Of a stretch of DNA of 53,965 nt, positions 9,636 to 19,558 are shown piece by piece. The notes under the pieces were generated by a model. The model made no database searches, was not told the DNA's origin, and saw only the letters and a program-made list of their open reading frames with translations. Position numbers and translations under genes: made by a program. The DNA comes from a virus. Lineage: Duplodnaviria; Caudoviricetes. Every line of letters starts with the position of its first letter. Within the stretch, counting starts at the first letter, position 1. Location: positions 1-53,965 of IMG/VR virus record IMGVR_UViG_3300025669_001165. One strand, written 5' to 3'.

Positions 9636-9793
9636 TACGCCTCATCCTTCTCTTCTGTTGTGCTCTTAATACTATTGATACTGAAGTTGTTCCTATCCTT
9701 AAACTCTTCTACTTTACCTTTATTCCATGTTTGAACGGGTCTGAAGAAACCTGTTACTCTACTGAACACTTCTACGTTACATTCTTTACCCAT
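9635..9793 (-). CDS. Stand-alone NrdD C-terminal-like peptide (52 aa)
   Basis: Not in the ORF track. MGKECNVEVFSRVTGFFRPVQTWNKGKVEEFKDR matches the RVxGY...WNxGKxxExxDR glycyl-radical terminus of class III RNR. Confidence 0.7.
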   Translation of the reverse strand: MGKECNVEVFSRVTGFFRPVQTWNKGKVEEFKDRNNFSINSIKSTTEEKDEA

Positions 9794-9969
9794 TACTTAC
9801 CCCCTGTTATCTTACCAAGTGTGGGTCCCCATAGAGCGCTCTTTGAATGCTCTTTGATATGAGTAATCATATCCCTCATTTTACTAAAGCAACCCTTCTC
9901 TTCCATATCATCTAGGATTCTATCGTGTTCTACTTTTTCTTCTTGTGCTATAGCATCTCCATTATACAT
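9793..9969 (-). CDS. Hypothetical protein (58 aa)
   Basis: Not in the ORF track. TAATG coupling at both ends; MYNGDAIAQEEKVEHDRIL... Confidence 0.5.
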   Translation of the reverse strand: MYNGDAIAQEEKVEHDRILDDMEEKGCFSKMRDMITHIKEHSKSALWGPTLGKITGGK

Positions 9970-11666
9970 TAGAAGTCCTCCATGTTTGATAGTGCAGTAT
10001 CTCTTAACCCATCATCTCTTTCTTCTCTATCATGCCTGTTCTCTGCTACAGATGAGATTGGGACTATCCTTGACATATCTCTATTTGTCCCTTGTGCACT
10101 ATCCTTGAAGAATATCATACTACCTTCTTCGTTTATCTTGTTTGCTATGAAATCGTATATGTCTGCGTGAAAGTAATGGTCAGGTTTACCAAACTCTTTA
10201 TACTTTGCTACTTCATTACCATCGGGTGCTTTCTCTACTACTCTTAGTGGGGCACACATCTGATTGAAGAACTGAGGTATGAACTCTGCATTACTTGGTA
10301 GTGTTATCTGTCTATGTTGATATTGACCTACTACATGGTCACCCGCTTGAGTCCTATTGATGTTAACTGTATCTGCTCCTTCTTCCTCATCTTCTTTTAT
10401 CTCTAGTAAGTCTTTACGTTTATCATCTGAAGGCCAATAGTATGCTAAGTATACCCTACCTATGAATCTCTGTTGGAACTCTTTACACTTCCGTGTTTCA
10501 GGGTTAGCATCTATCACACATACATCTACATTGTACGTTTCCATCAATGGGTCTAACTCTTCGAAGCTAGTCAATGTACAAATATGAACTACCCTTCTCT
10601 TGTTGTCTACCAACTCTGATATCCTAACGTTCAATACTGTTCCTACATCTACTCCCATAGTACAATGGTCTGCTGGAGTTGGGCATTGATATGTTGGGTC
10701 TACACATGCTCGTAAGTCTCCCTTTGCTAATCTGTTACCTTTAGCTGCATATGGTAAACCTAAGTCTGAATTGAAGAACTCTTGTATTTCGAACTGTGCT
10801 ATACTCTGACTGTTCTCTATCATCTTTGCTATATCAGTTCTTGCACATATGAGTTTATTGATATGATATCCATTGATACCTTTCCTCTCTGGATACTTAG
10901 CTACCCATTCTCCCATAGCTAACCTATCTATTTCTTTCTTACAATCCATACATATGACTTTACCTGTTTCACAGTTTACGTTCTTCTCCCATGTCAATGT
11001 TTGCTTTAATCCACAATGATTACAAGGTATGAACCATTGCATCTGATTACTATCATTATACAGTTTGTCTATACCATCATCAGGATACGTAGGTGTACTA
11101 ACTGCTCTACTCCATTTCAAATCACTATGACCTAATCTCTTCTCTCCTCTTGCTAATGTACCTTCTGTTAACTCATCCAACTCATCATATAACATACAAT
11201 CACTATCAATAGTCTTTAGCTTATGAGGTTTACGACTTCCTCTAAAGTATATGAATGCTTTACCTATCTTCTTTAGTCCTATGTTATCTGTTGATGTTAA
11301 TCTCTCTAGTAGATATGGGCAGTCTTGTATTGCAGGGTTTACTCTTCCATGAACAAACGAACTTAACTCAGGGTCAGCAGGTTGTACTATAGTTGAGTTC
11401 ATTCTATAGATATCTGCTAACCAGAATGCAATGTTCATCATCCATTCACTTACTCCACATTGTGCTGATTTCCTAACGACGATGTATGGATGGGTATCTT
11501 CATATATCCCTATGAGATACTTGTGACCATCAAATGATAAAGGTTTACCTCTAATCGTTCGATGCTTGGCCGACCAAAGCGCTAGATTCTCCCTTGTTCT
11601 CTCTTTCAAGAGCTTCGAGGATAACGCCGTCGACTTGCTTGAGTTCATCTTTTGTGAAGCTAACAT
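9969..11666 (-). CDS. terL: Terminase large subunit (GpA-like family)
   Basis: RKSAQCGVSE Walker A-like, LYDELD Walker B, VSTPT coupling motif, CNHC/CMDC Zn finger, MGVDVG nuclease motif and PDHYFHA. Confidence 0.9.
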   Translation of the reverse strand: MLASQKMNSSKSTALSSKLLKERTRENLALWSAKHRTIRGKPLSFDGHKYLIGIYEDTHPYIVVRKSAQCGVSEWMMNIAFWLADIYRMNSTIVQPADPELSSFVHGRVNPAIQDCPYLLERLTSTDNIGLKKIGKAFIYFRGSRKPHKLKTIDSDCMLYDELDELTEGTLARGEKRLGHSDLKWSRAVSTPTYPDDGIDKLYNDSNQMQWFIPCNHCGLKQTLTWEKNVNCETGKVICMDCKKEIDRLAMGEWVAKYPERKGINGYHINKLICARTDIAKMIENSQSIAQFEIQEFFNSDLGLPYAAKGNRLAKGDLRACVDPTYQCPTPADHCTMGVDVGTVLNVRISELVDNKRRVVHICTLTSFEELDPLMETYNVDVCVIDANPETRKCKEFQQRFIGRVYLAYYWPSDDKRKDLLEIKEDEEEGADTVNINRTQAGDHVVGQYQHRQITLPSNAEFIPQFFNQMCAPLRVVEKAPDGNEVAKYKEFGKPDHYFHADIYDFIANKINEEGSMIFFKDSAQGTNRDMSRIVPISSVAENRHDREERDDGLRDTALSNMEDF

Positions 11667-12165
11667 TCAGTTGACTCCCAATCATTGTTTGTGGATTATG
11701 AAGAATGTCACCTGTTCGGATAAGGGGTTCTTTACCTTCAAGTTCGATGCGAACGTCTTCAAGTACTTTCTTCGCATCTGTTAATTGGCCCCGGGCAATC
11801 AGTCTATTGTAGATTGCCTCGTATCTCGCTAGCCTCACAGACTTCTGTGCTATTGGTATATGCACAAAGTCATCTCCGAATATATCTTGCCGTAGTTCTG
11901 TAATCTTCTTTCGGTAAACTGTTTTGATGTTTGCTATTGTAGATTGCTTTACCGCTACCATTGCCAAGTCATATAACTTCTTCTGTATGTCAGAAGTGGT
12001 AAACCCGGCTGCATACCATTTCGCTACTGCCACCTTATGTATAGGTTTAAGTTTAAACGCCATTGTGTCTGTTGGGATGATTGCTGGCAGGGTCTCGTTT
12101 GGATGAGCCTTCTCTATCTCTTTGAGTACTTGTTCAGATATGTCTAGTGGTTGTTTATTGCTCAT
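11551..12165 (-). CDS. Probable terminase small subunit
   Basis: Directly upstream of terL. HTH-like N-terminal half and an IPIAQKSVRLARYE motif. Confidence 0.6.
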   Translation of the reverse strand: MSNKQPLDISEQVLKEIEKAHPNETLPAIIPTDTMAFKLKPIHKVAVAKWYAAGFTTSDIQKKLYDLAMVAVKQSTIANIKTVYRKKITELRQDIFGDDFVHIPIAQKSVRLARYEAIYNRLIARGQLTDAKKVLEDVRIELEGKEPLIRTGDILHNPQTMIGSQLNVSFTKDELKQVDGVILEALERENKGESSALVGQASND

Positions 12166-12171
12166 ATATAG

Positions 12172-12200
12172 ATTATATGTTATTAATACGAATAGGACTA
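12172..12200 (-). promoter_or_regulatory. Candidate promoter for a leaderless terS transcript
   Basis: TAGTCC-17nt-TATAAT with the -10 ending 6 nt before the ATG and no SD. Shares ATAACATATAAT with the two repeat promoters. Confidence 0.5.
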
Positions 12201-12306
12201 GTTAAATATTATGTATCATACCTACCAGTCATAGTTCATGTATATGTTATATGTTATAATACGTGTATTTGTTCTGTTATAACGTTCTCAAGTTTTTTAA
12301 TAATGT

Positions 12307-12567
12307 TTACTTTTTTATACTGGAAAGCGTCACTGCAAGCCATTCCTTAAACAAATCTAAGAACTCTATATCACAGTATCCTTGTTTACCTCTGTTGTAA
12401 ACTTTACCGTCTTTGGTTATCTTAATCCATTCTTTACCATGTAGACGTAATATGAAGTTACCATCTTTGTCTAACATCATAACTGCTACAGGGCCATCTG
12501 TAGTAGGTTGAAAGCTTAGTTCTAACTCTCTATTACTCTCTAGTGTGTTTTTAACATTCTCTTCCAT
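12307..12567 (-). CDS. Hypothetical protein
   Basis: GGAGGT RBS before MEENVK. Confidence 0.55.
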   Translation of the reverse strand: MEENVKNTLESNRELELSFQPTTDGPVAVMMLDKDGNFILRLHGKEWIKITKDGKVYNRGKQGYCDIEFLDLFKEWLAVTLSSIKK

Positions 12568-12578
12568 CTCTACCTCCT

Positions 12579-12722
12579 CTAAAATAAACAATCTCCATCA
12601 TACCCAAAATCATCTCTTATCTGTTCTTGCTTACAATGTTCACACATATCTGGCTCACATTCAAATAGGGCATTATCATAATCAAACTCCTCTCCGCAAG
12701 ACTTACATATGTATTTACTCAT
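12579..12722 (-). CDS. Small Zn-finger protein (47 aa)
   Basis: Not in the ORF track. MSKYICKSCGEEF...MCEHCKQ with a GGAGGAG RBS. Confidence 0.5.
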   Translation of the reverse strand: MSKYICKSCGEEFDYDNALFECEPDMCEHCKQEQIRDDFGYDGDCLF

Positions 12723-12821
12723 CATTCTCCTCCTTATCCTTTTATCCATATAATAAGCAACAACACAATTAGACTAATAATCGGGGCTACTATTCCAACC
12801 CAACTCCTAGCATAAAACATA

Positions 12822-13022
12822 TCAATCATCTTCCCCCTCCAACATCATTGTTATAAAATCTACATTAGACAGCCCAGCATACTTAAACTCTTTTATTTGT
12901 TCTTTGGTTATATACTGGAAGCTAAGGTAGTCTGAAAAATCAAGGTCATCAAACTTAGCCCTGTTAATCTTAGCCCTATACTCCAACGCTTCTCTTAGTT
13001 TCTGCTTATCTATTATCATCAT
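12822..13022 (-). CDS. Hypothetical protein
   Basis: GGAGGAG RBS; part of the small-ORF array. Confidence 0.5.
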   Translation of the reverse strand: MMIIDKQKLREALEYRAKINRAKFDDLDFSDYLSFQYITKEQIKEFKYAGLSNVDFITMMLEGEDD

Positions 13023-13105
13023 TCTCCTCCCATAGCTTTTAATAAGTCAGACCCAGTTTAATGCTCATCGCCCTCACAATGTTTCTTAGCATCCATCCTA
13101 TAATT

Positions 13106-13318
13106 TTATCCATCATTGTCCTCCCAAGTTTTAGGCTTAATAATCGGGATAGCTCCACACCCAGCGTAAGTTCCCGTATACTTGTTCTCTATCTCAAACC
13201 CATCAGCAGAACGGATTCCAGAGTCTACTAGGTGGGTTGCCTTTGCAACCATAACATCATTAACATTAGCTTTTCCTGCTAACATTTTAGCTATCTTATC
13301 TATCTCTGCCTGTCTCAT
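13106..13318 (-). CDS. Hypothetical protein
   Basis: AAGGAG RBS; part of the small-ORF array. Confidence 0.5.
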   Translation of the reverse strand: MRQAEIDKIAKMLAGKANVNDVMVAKATHLVDSGIRSADGFEIENKYTGTYAGCGAIPIIKPKTWEDNDG

Positions 13319-13475
13319 TTCTTTCTCCTTAGGTCTTTTCTTTCCAGGTACTTCTTTGCATCTGCAAGCATTTTCAGAAAGTTCTTGTGCTTTGTGTTTA
13401 AAACAAGAGTTTTCCCTATAGGATACTTCCCTACATACTCTACTATGAGATATTTCTTACTCACCTTCGGACCCC

Positions 13476-13727
13476 CTATTCTTTTATTCCAATTACGTAT
13501 ACCTTATCTTCTGGAATCCTTTCTCCTATCTTATAGTAAGAATTAGAAACAAGTTTCTTATCATTAGCCTCATAATGCACACCATTAAGATAGTATTCTT
13601 CTGAGTTACATATATCCCCTGTCTTCAAGATGAAACCTTTATCACTTTTGTACACTCTATAGTCTTCACAACCTACTAACATAACTATCATCAATAACAA
13701 TACTATTAGTGTTATCTTTCTCATCAC
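13476..13727 (-). CDS. Putative lipoprotein
   Basis: Basic N-terminus, hydrophobic stretch and lipobox-like LVGC. Confidence 0.55.
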   Translation of the reverse strand: MMRKITLIVLLLMIVMLVGCEDYRVYKSDKGFILKTGDICNSEEYYLNGVHYEANDKKLVSNSYYKIGERIPEDKVYVIGIKE

Positions 13728-14005
13728 TACCTCCTCTTAAACATTTCTCTTATCTTTACGTATATATGAACATTCTCTAAATCTTCTTCACATTCTTCTA
13801 CAGTCCACTTCCAGAAGTTCCTTGCATTCACTACCAATGCTGGAATTGCACATATGAGAATACCGTAACTTGTTTTACTAATCAGTACATATGCTATCCA
13901 ACATATCTCTGCAACTACAAACATAGCAAATCCTATTCTGTTCTTATTCCCTACTACGTATGCTGCTGTGATTGCTATAGCTGCTGCTATGTAATCAAAT
14001 CCCAT
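13727..14005 (-). CDS. Small PnuC-like membrane protein
   Basis: Three hydrophobic helices, GNKNRIGF, and a C-terminal NFWKW. Confidence 0.5.
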   Translation of the reverse strand: MGFDYIAAAIAITAAYVVGNKNRIGFAMFVVAEICWIAYVLISKTSYGILICAIPALVVNARNFWKWTVEECEEDLENVHIYVKIREMFKRR

Positions 14006-14357
14006 CTTACCTACCTCCTCTTTATTCTTGCTTGAAAGATGTTACTTATCCTAGTAGATATAGCGATTAGTTTAATAAAACTTTCCTCACTAAGATACTG
14101 AGGTTGCTGTTCTACTGTATCCTCTATGTATATCAACTCATCTTCTATGTTACCTATTCCTCTCTCTATCTTTTCACTTGGTACACCCATCCTATCCCTC
14201 CTTCTTTATTACTACTTCTATTGAACCATCTATATGAGAACCTGCTGTAGTGTGTCCCATAGGATAAGGAAATTCACCAAGTATCTCTCTATCCTCATCT
14301 GTCTCTGGATACAGTCTAATAGAAAACTCATCTGTTGTATCTATCTCTACTTTCATA

Positions 14358-14543
14358 CTACCTCCTTATGAACTTTCCTTTATGATAAATAGTTTCCTTT
14401 GGTATGTATACCATCTTACCTGTATCTAACCTATCTCCTATGAAGAAGTCTCTATTGTAATCTCCTGATATCAATACAACTCTTATCATAACCTTCTGAT
14501 ATGGGATGTCCCACATGTCTCCTACTTGAGGGTGGTTCTTCAT
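14358..14543 (-). CDS. Hypothetical protein
   Basis: 61 aa with a GGAGG RBS. Confidence 0.45.
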   Translation of the reverse strand: MKNHPQVGDMWDIPYQKVMIRVVLISGDYNRDFFIGDRLDTGKMVYIPKETIYHKGKFIRR

Positions 14544-14860
14544 TCCTTCCTCCTATATCTACTCTGTCTTTCATATTCGTATCTTCTTGTAGTTGCAATT
14601 CTCATTGCCTCTCTTATGCTTCTGATAGGAATTCCAAACTCCCTCATAGCCCTTCTAACTGATATGATACTACAGTTATGGATTTCTGCTACTCTTCTCA
14701 TTGGTAGTTGTTTGTCTACATAAAGTTCTATCAATGCTTCTTTCTTTATGAAGACTCTACGAGTTCCTTCTGGACGGCCTTGGGTTTGAATTTGAGTTTC
14801 TCCTTTGCTTCTCTTTCCATTCTTTTCTTCTCTCTCATCATATAAGCTTTCCTTATACAT
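14540..14860 (-). CDS. HTH-domain protein (start uncertain)
   Basis: LIELYVDKQLPMRRVAEIHNCSIISVRRAMREFGIPIR fits an HTH pattern. Confidence 0.5.
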   Translation of the reverse strand: MYKESLYDEREEKNGKRSKGETQIQTQGRPEGTRRVFIKKEALIELYVDKQLPMRRVAEIHNCSIISVRRAMREFGIPIRSIREAMRIATTRRYEYERQSRYRRKE

Positions 14861-15030
14861 ACCTTACATAGATATCCCAATGTCTTCTTCTCTACTACTA
14901 CTGGCATTGGAAAGTTCTTCTTAGTGAACTTGCTATTCCTATCACATCTGTAACAACTACATCTTTTCATCGAAAGGTTCTTAACTTTACCAAATGCTCC
15001 TTTAGTTCTGTGCTTTGCTTTGTTCTTCAC
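14746..15030 (-). CDS. Basic Zn-finger protein
   Basis: CYRC and CKVC pairs; Lys-rich. Confidence 0.45.
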   Translation of the reverse strand: MKNKAKHRTKGAFGKVKNLSMKRCSCYRCDRNSKFTKKNFPMPVVVEKKTLGYLCKVCIRKAYMMREKKRMEREAKEKLKFKPKAVQKELVESS

Positions 15031-15199
15031 CTAGTAACCTCCTTTTCAATGCTTTCCTTCCTTCTCTGATAAGTTGATTGCCCATTGCTATTGATACCTT
15101 TGAAGGCATACTCTCTGTATGCTTCACTGCCCCATCATAGAAAGATAGTATTACACTATTCCCCTTTGTCATTACCTCAAACTTTTTACCTTCCTTCAC
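15002..15199 (-). CDS. Hypothetical protein
   Basis: GGAGG RBS; immediately follows the GT4 gene. Confidence 0.5.
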   Translation of the reverse strand: MKEGKKFEVMTKGNSVILSFYDGAVKHTESMPSKVSIAMGNQLIREGRKALKRRLLGEEQSKAQN

Positions 15200-15200
15200 T

Positions 15201-16328
15201 TTATCCTCCTACTCTTTGTAATACCTCATGAAGTTTCTTTGCTGCATTATCCCAAGTAAACTCTGATATTGATTCTGTACACTTCTTCTCCATCCAGAGA
15301 TACTTCTCATGGTCATCTCTTATTGCTTCTAACATACTTGTTGCTTTATCTGTATCTGGTATCTTCCAACTACCTCTATCCCCCCTGAACCAGAAGTTAT
15401 CATTTGCTATCTCTTCTCTGCAACTAGGTACTTTTAACTCTTCAGGATAGTCTTGTAAGTATTCTGACATCCCTGTCCAGTCTGTTGTGATTGCAGGAGT
15501 TCCACAAGCAATGCATTCCATCAAAGGTAAGTTCCATCCTTCTGCTTTTGATAACCAAATACCAAAGTCTGCTTCTCTATACATATGTGCCATCTCTCTA
15601 AATGATAGATGCTTTGGAAAATGAGGTATTACTATTCTTGCGCTACCTCTCTCGTATACTAACTCCCCTCTGTTGTTTGCTTCTACGTGTGGTTCAAGGA
15701 ATTGTCTTGCTTCTTTATTCCAGTTTGGGTTGAAGTTGTTACCTATCCAAGCATACAATGTAGCTTTCTTTCTTGCCCCTTCGAATGCTTTAATGAATGC
15801 TGTAAGAACATCTACAGTTCCTTTTCTCTTCTCCCACTTACCTACATGTATGAATGTTAATCCTCTTTCCTCTATCCTTTGCATCTTGAAGTCTTGAGAG
15901 TAGTCTGGATAGAATAGTTCTGGGTCGTAACCTTCTGGAACTACATCTATGTTACTTTGACCTAGTTCACTTTCCAATACTCCCTTCCCCCATTTACTTG
16001 GGGTTAACAAATGGTCACAAGTTCTCATCATTGACTTGGATATCTCATCAAACCTCTCCATTTCAAATACAGGAAACCCTATTCTCTTCCTTCCAGAGAA
16101 CTGACTTAAGAAAGGTTCATTGAATATCATTACTCCCAAGTCACTACTCTGTATGTTCTTCCTATTGTCTAACCATTTCTCTACATCTGTATCTTTCCAT
16201 TGTACGTTACCAAATGGAGGTAGTATACTAACAGGCTCGTCTACGAACTGCTTGCTATACGCCTTTATAAGGTTGTAAGAATGGATGCCATATCCTAAAT
16301 AATTGATTGGAGCATAAAAGTTTATCAT
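15201..16328 (-). CDS. Glycosyltransferase, GT4/GT-B family
   Basis: FIHVGKWEKRKG and SKAEGWNLPLMECIACGTPAI (EX7E motif). Confidence 0.9.
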   Translation of the reverse strand: MINFYAPINYLGYGIHSYNLIKAYSKQFVDEPVSILPPFGNVQWKDTDVEKWLDNRKNIQSSDLGVMIFNEPFLSQFSGRKRIGFPVFEMERFDEISKSMMRTCDHLLTPSKWGKGVLESELGQSNIDVVPEGYDPELFYPDYSQDFKMQRIEERGLTFIHVGKWEKRKGTVDVLTAFIKAFEGARKKATLYAWIGNNFNPNWNKEARQFLEPHVEANNRGELVYERGSARIVIPHFPKHLSFREMAHMYREADFGIWLSKAEGWNLPLMECIACGTPAITTDWTGMSEYLQDYPEELKVPSCREEIANDNFWFRGDRGSWKIPDTDKATSMLEAIRDDHEKYLWMEKKCTESISEFTWDNAAKKLHEVLQRVGG

Positions 16329-16972
16329 TCGTCCCTCCCTGTAGGTACTACTATCCATCTATCTGTTTCGTACTGCATTCCTTTATCATCTGCAGGACGT
16401 TCCTTTATATCGTTGTTGATATTGTAGTACAACGCATTGTTGTACAACTGTCTCTTCATAGTATGTTCATGAAACATAGCATACTGCTCGGGTACTTTCA
16501 ATCCCCTCTTACCTCTATCAAAAGTAAAACCCTCATGTACCTTACCTTCCCAATGACCTCCTGTTCTGTGAAGAACTCTCCATTGAAAATCCTTTCCTAC
16601 TACTTGTCCATCGAACTTTGATATACGATGAATATGATAACCAAAACAATCTTTTGCATCAGCAATCAAAGTAGGTAACAAACCAAAGAACTCTTCTGAG
16701 AACCATTCATCAGCATCACAAAAGAGTATCCAAGGAGTCTTACATAACGTCATTGCATAGTTCCTTTGATGAGCGAAGTCATAAGCGAATGGATGAATGT
16801 CTACTCTACACCCTAACTCTTTACATATCTCTACAGTCTTATCTGTACTCCCTCCATCAACTACAATAACTTCTGCAACGTTAGGCATAAGATTCTCTAC
16901 TGCTTTCGATATGTACTTCTCTTCATTCTGTGCCATAATGATAGCACTAATTGGTATGTCTTTCTTATCCAT
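16325..16972 (-). CDS. Glycosyltransferase, GT2/GT-A family
   Basis: ISAIIMAQNEE, VVDGGSTDKT, FAHQRN and the CDADE DxD motif. Confidence 0.9.
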   Translation of the reverse strand: MDKKDIPISAIIMAQNEEKYISKAVENLMPNVAEVIVVDGGSTDKTVEICKELGCRVDIHPFAYDFAHQRNYAMTLCKTPWILFCDADEWFSEEFFGLLPTLIADAKDCFGYHIHRISKFDGQVVGKDFQWRVLHRTGGHWEGKVHEGFTFDRGKRGLKVPEQYAMFHEHTMKRQLYNNALYYNINNDIKERPADDKGMQYETDRWIVVPTGRDE

Positions 16973-17672
16973 TCCAACCTCCATATCCTAATATCTTTCC
17001 GTCACTGGAAAGTTTCATCTCGTGGTGTTCGAATAACTCTCTCATTACATTACCTAATGACTCCTCTGTGAAAGTATAGATATGTTCTGCGTTTTCACTT
17101 ATCTCCCTATGAGGAACAAACCCACAAACTACCTTCCCTACTCTACTTTGTTCTTTCAATGCTTCGTAGACTGAAGGGAGATGTTCTAAGACATGTTGAC
17201 AATACACAGTATCGAATTCCTTATCGGCATATGTCATATGCAAGGCGTCACCATGGTCGAACCTTACTCCAGTAATATCAAACTTACAAGTTAACATTCT
17301 AGCATACCCTACTAGCATCATTGAAGCATCCATTCCTACTACCATATCAAAAGCTTTTCTCTTAGCCATTGAGATATCCATATACCCTACATTACTACCT
17401 ACGTTAAGGAACTTCTGTCTTCCTTTCTTATACCAAAACGTTTCTTCTATCCATTTATAGATTTCTCCATCATGGTCTGTGTTACTACTGGGTTCTGTAA
17501 AGACATTCTCTCCCATCTTTGTCCAATCATCTCCGTACAATCCTTTATTGTAAGTCATTACTGATTCTAAGTAACCATACCCATTCAGTTCCAACCAGTT
17601 AAGATATTCTTTTTCTGATTTGATACCATTAGGTAAGTGGTAACTCGTTTTTGATATTCCCCGTAACGTCAT
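16965..17672 (-). CDS. Class I SAM-dependent methyltransferase
   Basis: FLNVGSNVG motif I, GMDAS, GDALHM and FDTVYCQHVLEH. Confidence 0.85.
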   Translation of the reverse strand: MTLRGISKTSYHLPNGIKSEKEYLNWLELNGYGYLESVMTYNKGLYGDDWTKMGENVFTEPSSNTDHDGEIYKWIEETFWYKKGRQKFLNVGSNVGYMDISMAKRKAFDMVVGMDASMMLVGYARMLTCKFDITGVRFDHGDALHMTYADKEFDTVYCQHVLEHLPSVYEALKEQSRVGKVVCGFVPHREISENAEHIYTFTEESLGNVMRELFEHHEMKLSSDGKILGYGGWNG

Positions 17673-18342
17673 CTAATTCCTCCCATATCTTTACTGTCTC
17701 TTTCAAATGTTCTACACTCTTAGTACCAAAGACGATTACATCTGGATTGAGAACTCTTAATGCTTCTAAGCATCCTGTTACTGTATACTTAGGGAAACAT
17801 AACCCATCATTGAAAGGCTTGATTGCAAATACAGTACCTCTCTCTTTTAACTTTGCTACATCCTCTACTGTAAACCTACCTTCAATGTGTAGTGGAACCA
17901 TAAACAAGTTACAATCGGGAAACTCTTCTGCAAAGCGATGTGCTAACCTAGGCTCTTCAGTTGTGATACCTAAGTGTAATGAAGGAAAAACTTGCTTAAT
18001 AGCTTGATACATTGCCTTTCCTTTTGAGTACAACTCTTCATTATCCAAGTCTGATACCCATAGTATGTGAACTGTACCTAACAGTCTTACGCTTTTCTCA
18101 AACAATGGTTGCCATTCTGTAAACTGATAAGCAGATACTTTAGTCATCTTTATACAACCATTGAACTTACCTACTATCTCTTCTGCATTACCATATCTGT
18201 GGTGACAGTCAAAGATATTTATACCTTCTCTGATGGCGGCATCTACTAAAAGCATACCATCATCAATAGACATATCTACCATCTTTCCACCACCTAAACA
18301 TAGTTCAGATACTTCCCAACCATCAATCTTTATCTTCTTCAT
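17629..18342 (-). CDS. Aldo/keto reductase-family protein
   Basis: VSELCLG, GINIFDCHHRYGNAEEIVG, TKV and VFGTKSVEHLKE. Confidence 0.8.
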   Translation of the reverse strand: MKKIKIDGWEVSELCLGGGKMVDMSIDDGMLLVDAAIREGINIFDCHHRYGNAEEIVGKFNGCIKMTKVSAYQFTEWQPLFEKSVRLLGTVHILWVSDLDNEELYSKGKAMYQAIKQVFPSLHLGITTEEPRLAHRFAEEFPDCNLFMVPLHIEGRFTVEDVAKLKERGTVFAIKPFNDGLCFPKYTVTGCLEALRVLNPDVIVFGTKSVEHLKETVKIWEELDDVTGNIKNELPLT

Positions 18343-19558
18343 CTCTACTCCTTATCTGTGGGGCTACTGATATCCTTCCAGCCCATTCTGTTAACTGTTC
18401 TACGCTTCCTGAAGATGTTAATACAAAATCATTGCAACCTTCTAACCAATAGTCATCAGCTATAATACCTTCCTTCTTGCAAATCTCATACAAAACAGTT
18501 CCGGGATACAAGTAGGTTAACCCTACAGCGGGGAGTTCTGCCATAGTAAGCGTTTCCATAAACTCAACTGTCTCTTGTATAGTCTCTTCTGTCTCTCCTG
18601 GAAGACCTACCATCATGAATGCAAAGGTATCAATACCTACCTCATAGCATAATTCAAAACACTTCTGAATCTGTTCTTTGGTTATCCTCTTACCTAGAGT
18701 TTGCATAATAGAATCTGAACCAGTCTCTACTCCAAACCTCATTTCAGTACACCCTGCTTGCTTCATAAGTAGTAACATATCCTTTGATACTGGATGTACT
18801 CTAGCATTGCATTGCCAGGTGATATTCAAATTCCTATCTAATATCTCTTGACTTAGACTTGTTGCTCTTCCTATCGTAAAATTGAAAGTATCATCATGGA
18901 ATAGAAAATCTGATATACCGAACTCTTCCATCAAGTACTCTATCTCATCAACTACTAACTTAGCGCTTCTGAACCTTACCCTACCTCCCCAGAAAGCTCT
19001 TGAAGAACAAAAGATACAGTTACCTGGGCATCCTCTTGATGTAATCAAATGTGCTGTACCATTTTCTTCTATCCATTCCCTAGCATATGAATGGTCTGCA
19101 ATAGGTAATGAATCCATATCTACTAACCTTGAACCTACTCTTATCTTCTCTTTATTATCTAACGTTTCAAGTAGTTCTACAATTGCTATCTCTCCTTCAC
19201 CCCTGATGATGTAATCTATAGGAAAGTTATCCAGCAGTTGGTCGCACATTATAGTAGCGTGTACTCCTCCCAATACTACTACTGTGTCCTTGTTGTAATT
19301 CTTTACCATCTCTATTCCTTTATATGTACCGCATCTGTTTTGTGTAATGCAATTAAAACCTACTACGTCAGGGTTAAATCTTTCCAACACTTCTACTAAT
19401 GACTTCTCTGCTTCATCTGCTTTCATATTGAAGAAGCTAAGCATCTCTACTTCATGCCCTTCTTCCTCTATCACCGTACCCAAGAAACCTAAACTCAGCG
19501 GGTAACAGTGATGAGGGTTAGGTACCTGAGCATTCATACTACTCAGAAGTACTTTCAT
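18323..19558 (-). CDS. Cobalamin-binding radical SAM enzyme
   Basis: PLSLGFL, PDVVGF, GGVHAT and RGEGE B12-domain motifs, then SRGCPGNCIFC and GVETGS. Confidence 0.9.
   Translation of the reverse strand: MKVLLSSMNAQVPNPHHCYPLSLGFLGTVIEEEGHEVEMLSFFNMKADEAEKSLVEVLERFNPDVVGFNCITQNRCGTYKGIEMVKNYNKDTVVVLGGVHATIMCDQLLDNFPIDYIIRGEGEIAIVELLETLDNKEKIRVGSRLVDMDSLPIADHSYAREWIEENGTAHLITSRGCPGNCIFCSSRAFWGGRVRFRSAKLVVDEIEYLMEEFGISDFLFHDDTFNFTIGRATSLSQEILDRNLNITWQCNARVHPVSKDMLLLMKQAGCTEMRFGVETGSDSIMQTLGKRITKEQIQKCFELCYEVGIDTFAFMMVGLPGETEETIQETVEFMETLTMAELPAVGLTYLYPGTVLYEICKKEGIIADDYWLEGCNDFVLTSSGSVEQLTEWAGRISVAPQIRSRDEEDKD

Noticed and set aside
11551-11666. Long terS/terL overlap as a programmed frameshift
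   Set aside because: No clear slippery site was seen, and an uncertain terL start explains the overlap.
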